In this document: piece after piece, positions 62,390-64,000 of the stretch
Layout of the letters: each line of letters starts with the position of its first letter
Position numbering within the stretch: the stretch's first letter is position 1
Source of the DNA: Podospora anserina
Lineage: Eukaryota
DNA: 64,000 nt
Direction of reading: 5' to 3'
NCBI GenBank assembly: GCA_017654855.1
Contig: CM030337.1
Coordinates: 3,782,001 to 3,846,000 of the forward strand
Program-made: the position numbers and the translations under genes
Notes under the pieces: generated by a model
Seen by the model: the letters and a program-made list of their open reading frames with translations, nothing else
Told to the model about the DNA's origin: nothing
Database searches by the model: none

Positions 62390-63254
62390 AGTGTGGAGGT
62401 GATACTTTTGGCGATTTTTTAGATCGAGAAGCGATTCAAAATTAGGGTCAAAGGCGAATGGTGGGAATCCGTGATAGATCTTGGTTGTTTCTTTGCTTGG
62501 TGCTTAATAAGGGCGGGGACATGCATCTGGGCAAAAAGGCCAGCGCAACAAGGCTGGCTGTACTGAGTTCTCCTTCAATGCAACAACCACATGCACTTCG
62601 GATACGTATTTTGTCCAATGGCTTTGCTAGGACAGATGTGCCTGCATGCCGAGATGACCCCATTGAACACACCATATCACCCAACGAGACGAGTGAGCGG
62701 CCCATTACTAGGTAGATCATCACAGGTGTCACACGTCTACGAACCAACCAACCTCGCTACGGCCCAACAGACCACCTACCTGCACTATAGACCACCTACC
62801 TGCACGTTGTGAGCTAGTGGTCAAAGTGAGGCAGACAATCGCAGGCTTCGCGGTTATTAAGAAGACGATATTGGTCAACCTGAGATATTGAGGGACTTGG
62901 CAGCGGCCTGAGGCCACAATGCACGGACCACTGGGCGAAGGATAAAGGCGCGTTCTCAGAAGCTGTTTGTATTCCTAGACCTTCTTCTTCTTTATCACGC
63001 TCTTCGAGGCCATTGAAGATTATTAGCCTGAATTGAACCATGAGTTCCAAGCCCTGATATTACAGCCCTTGTCACAACAGGCCATTTGATTTGATAGTGC
63101 GCTGAAAAGGAATGCGACGAGTAAGGTGGTGCATACCTCCCCACCTTTGCTAGGTCCCGGTACAACCTGAAATGAAGTGGCTACATATGGCGCTAAAAGC
63201 ACGCAAAAGTCACCTGAAATTTTGACCTGGAATTCAGTGGGAATAGGCCCTAAA

Positions 63255-64000
63255 ATGGCCGAAGCCGATCTCGATCCAGAGGGACTCGACCTCGAAGATC
63301 CCCAAGCCTGGATCAGTCACAATTACCGAGAACACCTAATAACCAAAGTTGAAAAATGGAACCCCATCTGGGACCAAGCACCGCAAGCCGATGTCTTCAG
63401 CTATTGTATAAGCATCGCACAACTGCAACGCATGCGGATACAGCGACTACAAATACAACTTGCATCAGCTGCAAGAAAAGCATACGAAGGTGCAGATACA
63501 GACAGTAACTGGAAAGATTGGGATAAAACTCTTAGTGAATATGGTAGGATACCCCACCTCGTTTACCTACTGCATCTTGCGAAGCCAGGGTGCTGACATT
63601 GTCACGCTCAGTTTCTGCAGTCCAAGAACATGACTACATGGAACAACGCGGATCAGGCGGGAGAGACCCTTTCCTGATAACAGGAGAGCGTTATATGGAC
63701 AGGAAGGTTCTTGAACAGGTCATGCATGGCTTCCAACTTTCGGAATCGACTGATTCGAATCCGACTGGTGAACCTTCGCTACGAGTATGGCAAACAACTC
63801 GACGGGCCCCTGTTCCGACACGAGGAGACAACCGTCTGAAGAAGCTTCTGGCCCGGATTGGTATAGCTGCTATCGGGACTGCGTTTCTCATTGTCCCGAT
63901 GTGGCTGTTGATATGGGTTGTGTGGGAAGACACCTGGGTGGCGCTGTGGTCGACAACCATTTTTGTTGCTGTGTTTGGGGTGCTGATGGCGTGTGTACTG
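63255..64000 (+). CDS. DUF6594-like membrane protein (3' end outside window)
   Basis: SIAQLQRMRIQRLQIQLA, LSEY|VSAVQEHDYM via intron 63544-63611, DPFLITGER, then TM helices AFLIVPMWLL...STTIFVAVFG. Confidence 0.75.

Overview
Intron-containing DNA from a filamentous ascomycete. The GT/GC-AG introns of about 50-120 nt, CTRAC/CTAAT branch points and gene families suggest Sordariales, possibly Podospora-like (inference). About 25 protein-coding loci can be assembled by eye. A housekeeping block (enoyl-CoA hydratase, RBM25/Usp107-type PWI splicing factor, mitoribosomal bS21m, augmin HAUS6) and a GH72 glucanosyltransferase are interspersed with accessory genes: a divergent GNAT / atypical Zn2Cys6 pair, a secreted KR-punctuated repeat precursor with a 10-Cys C-terminal peptide, a membrane-ankyrin protein, a TauD-type dioxygenase, an FMO, an Asp-rich GPI protein, DUF4238-, DUF6604- and DUF6594-like genes, an ankyrin-CorA-like fusion, a P450, a PTH11-like receptor and a secreted esterase. 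The DUF6604-like and APH-like genes carry frameshifts or stops, and two other loci probably do too. A ~196-bp TA-flanked MITE-like element and two candidate ~30-aa microproteins were also found. The best candidate for an undescribed system is the Kex2-type multi-peptide precursor at 5.6-6.2 kb and its neighbours. No rRNA, tRNA or CRISPR features were seen. All family calls come from motif recognition, not database searches.
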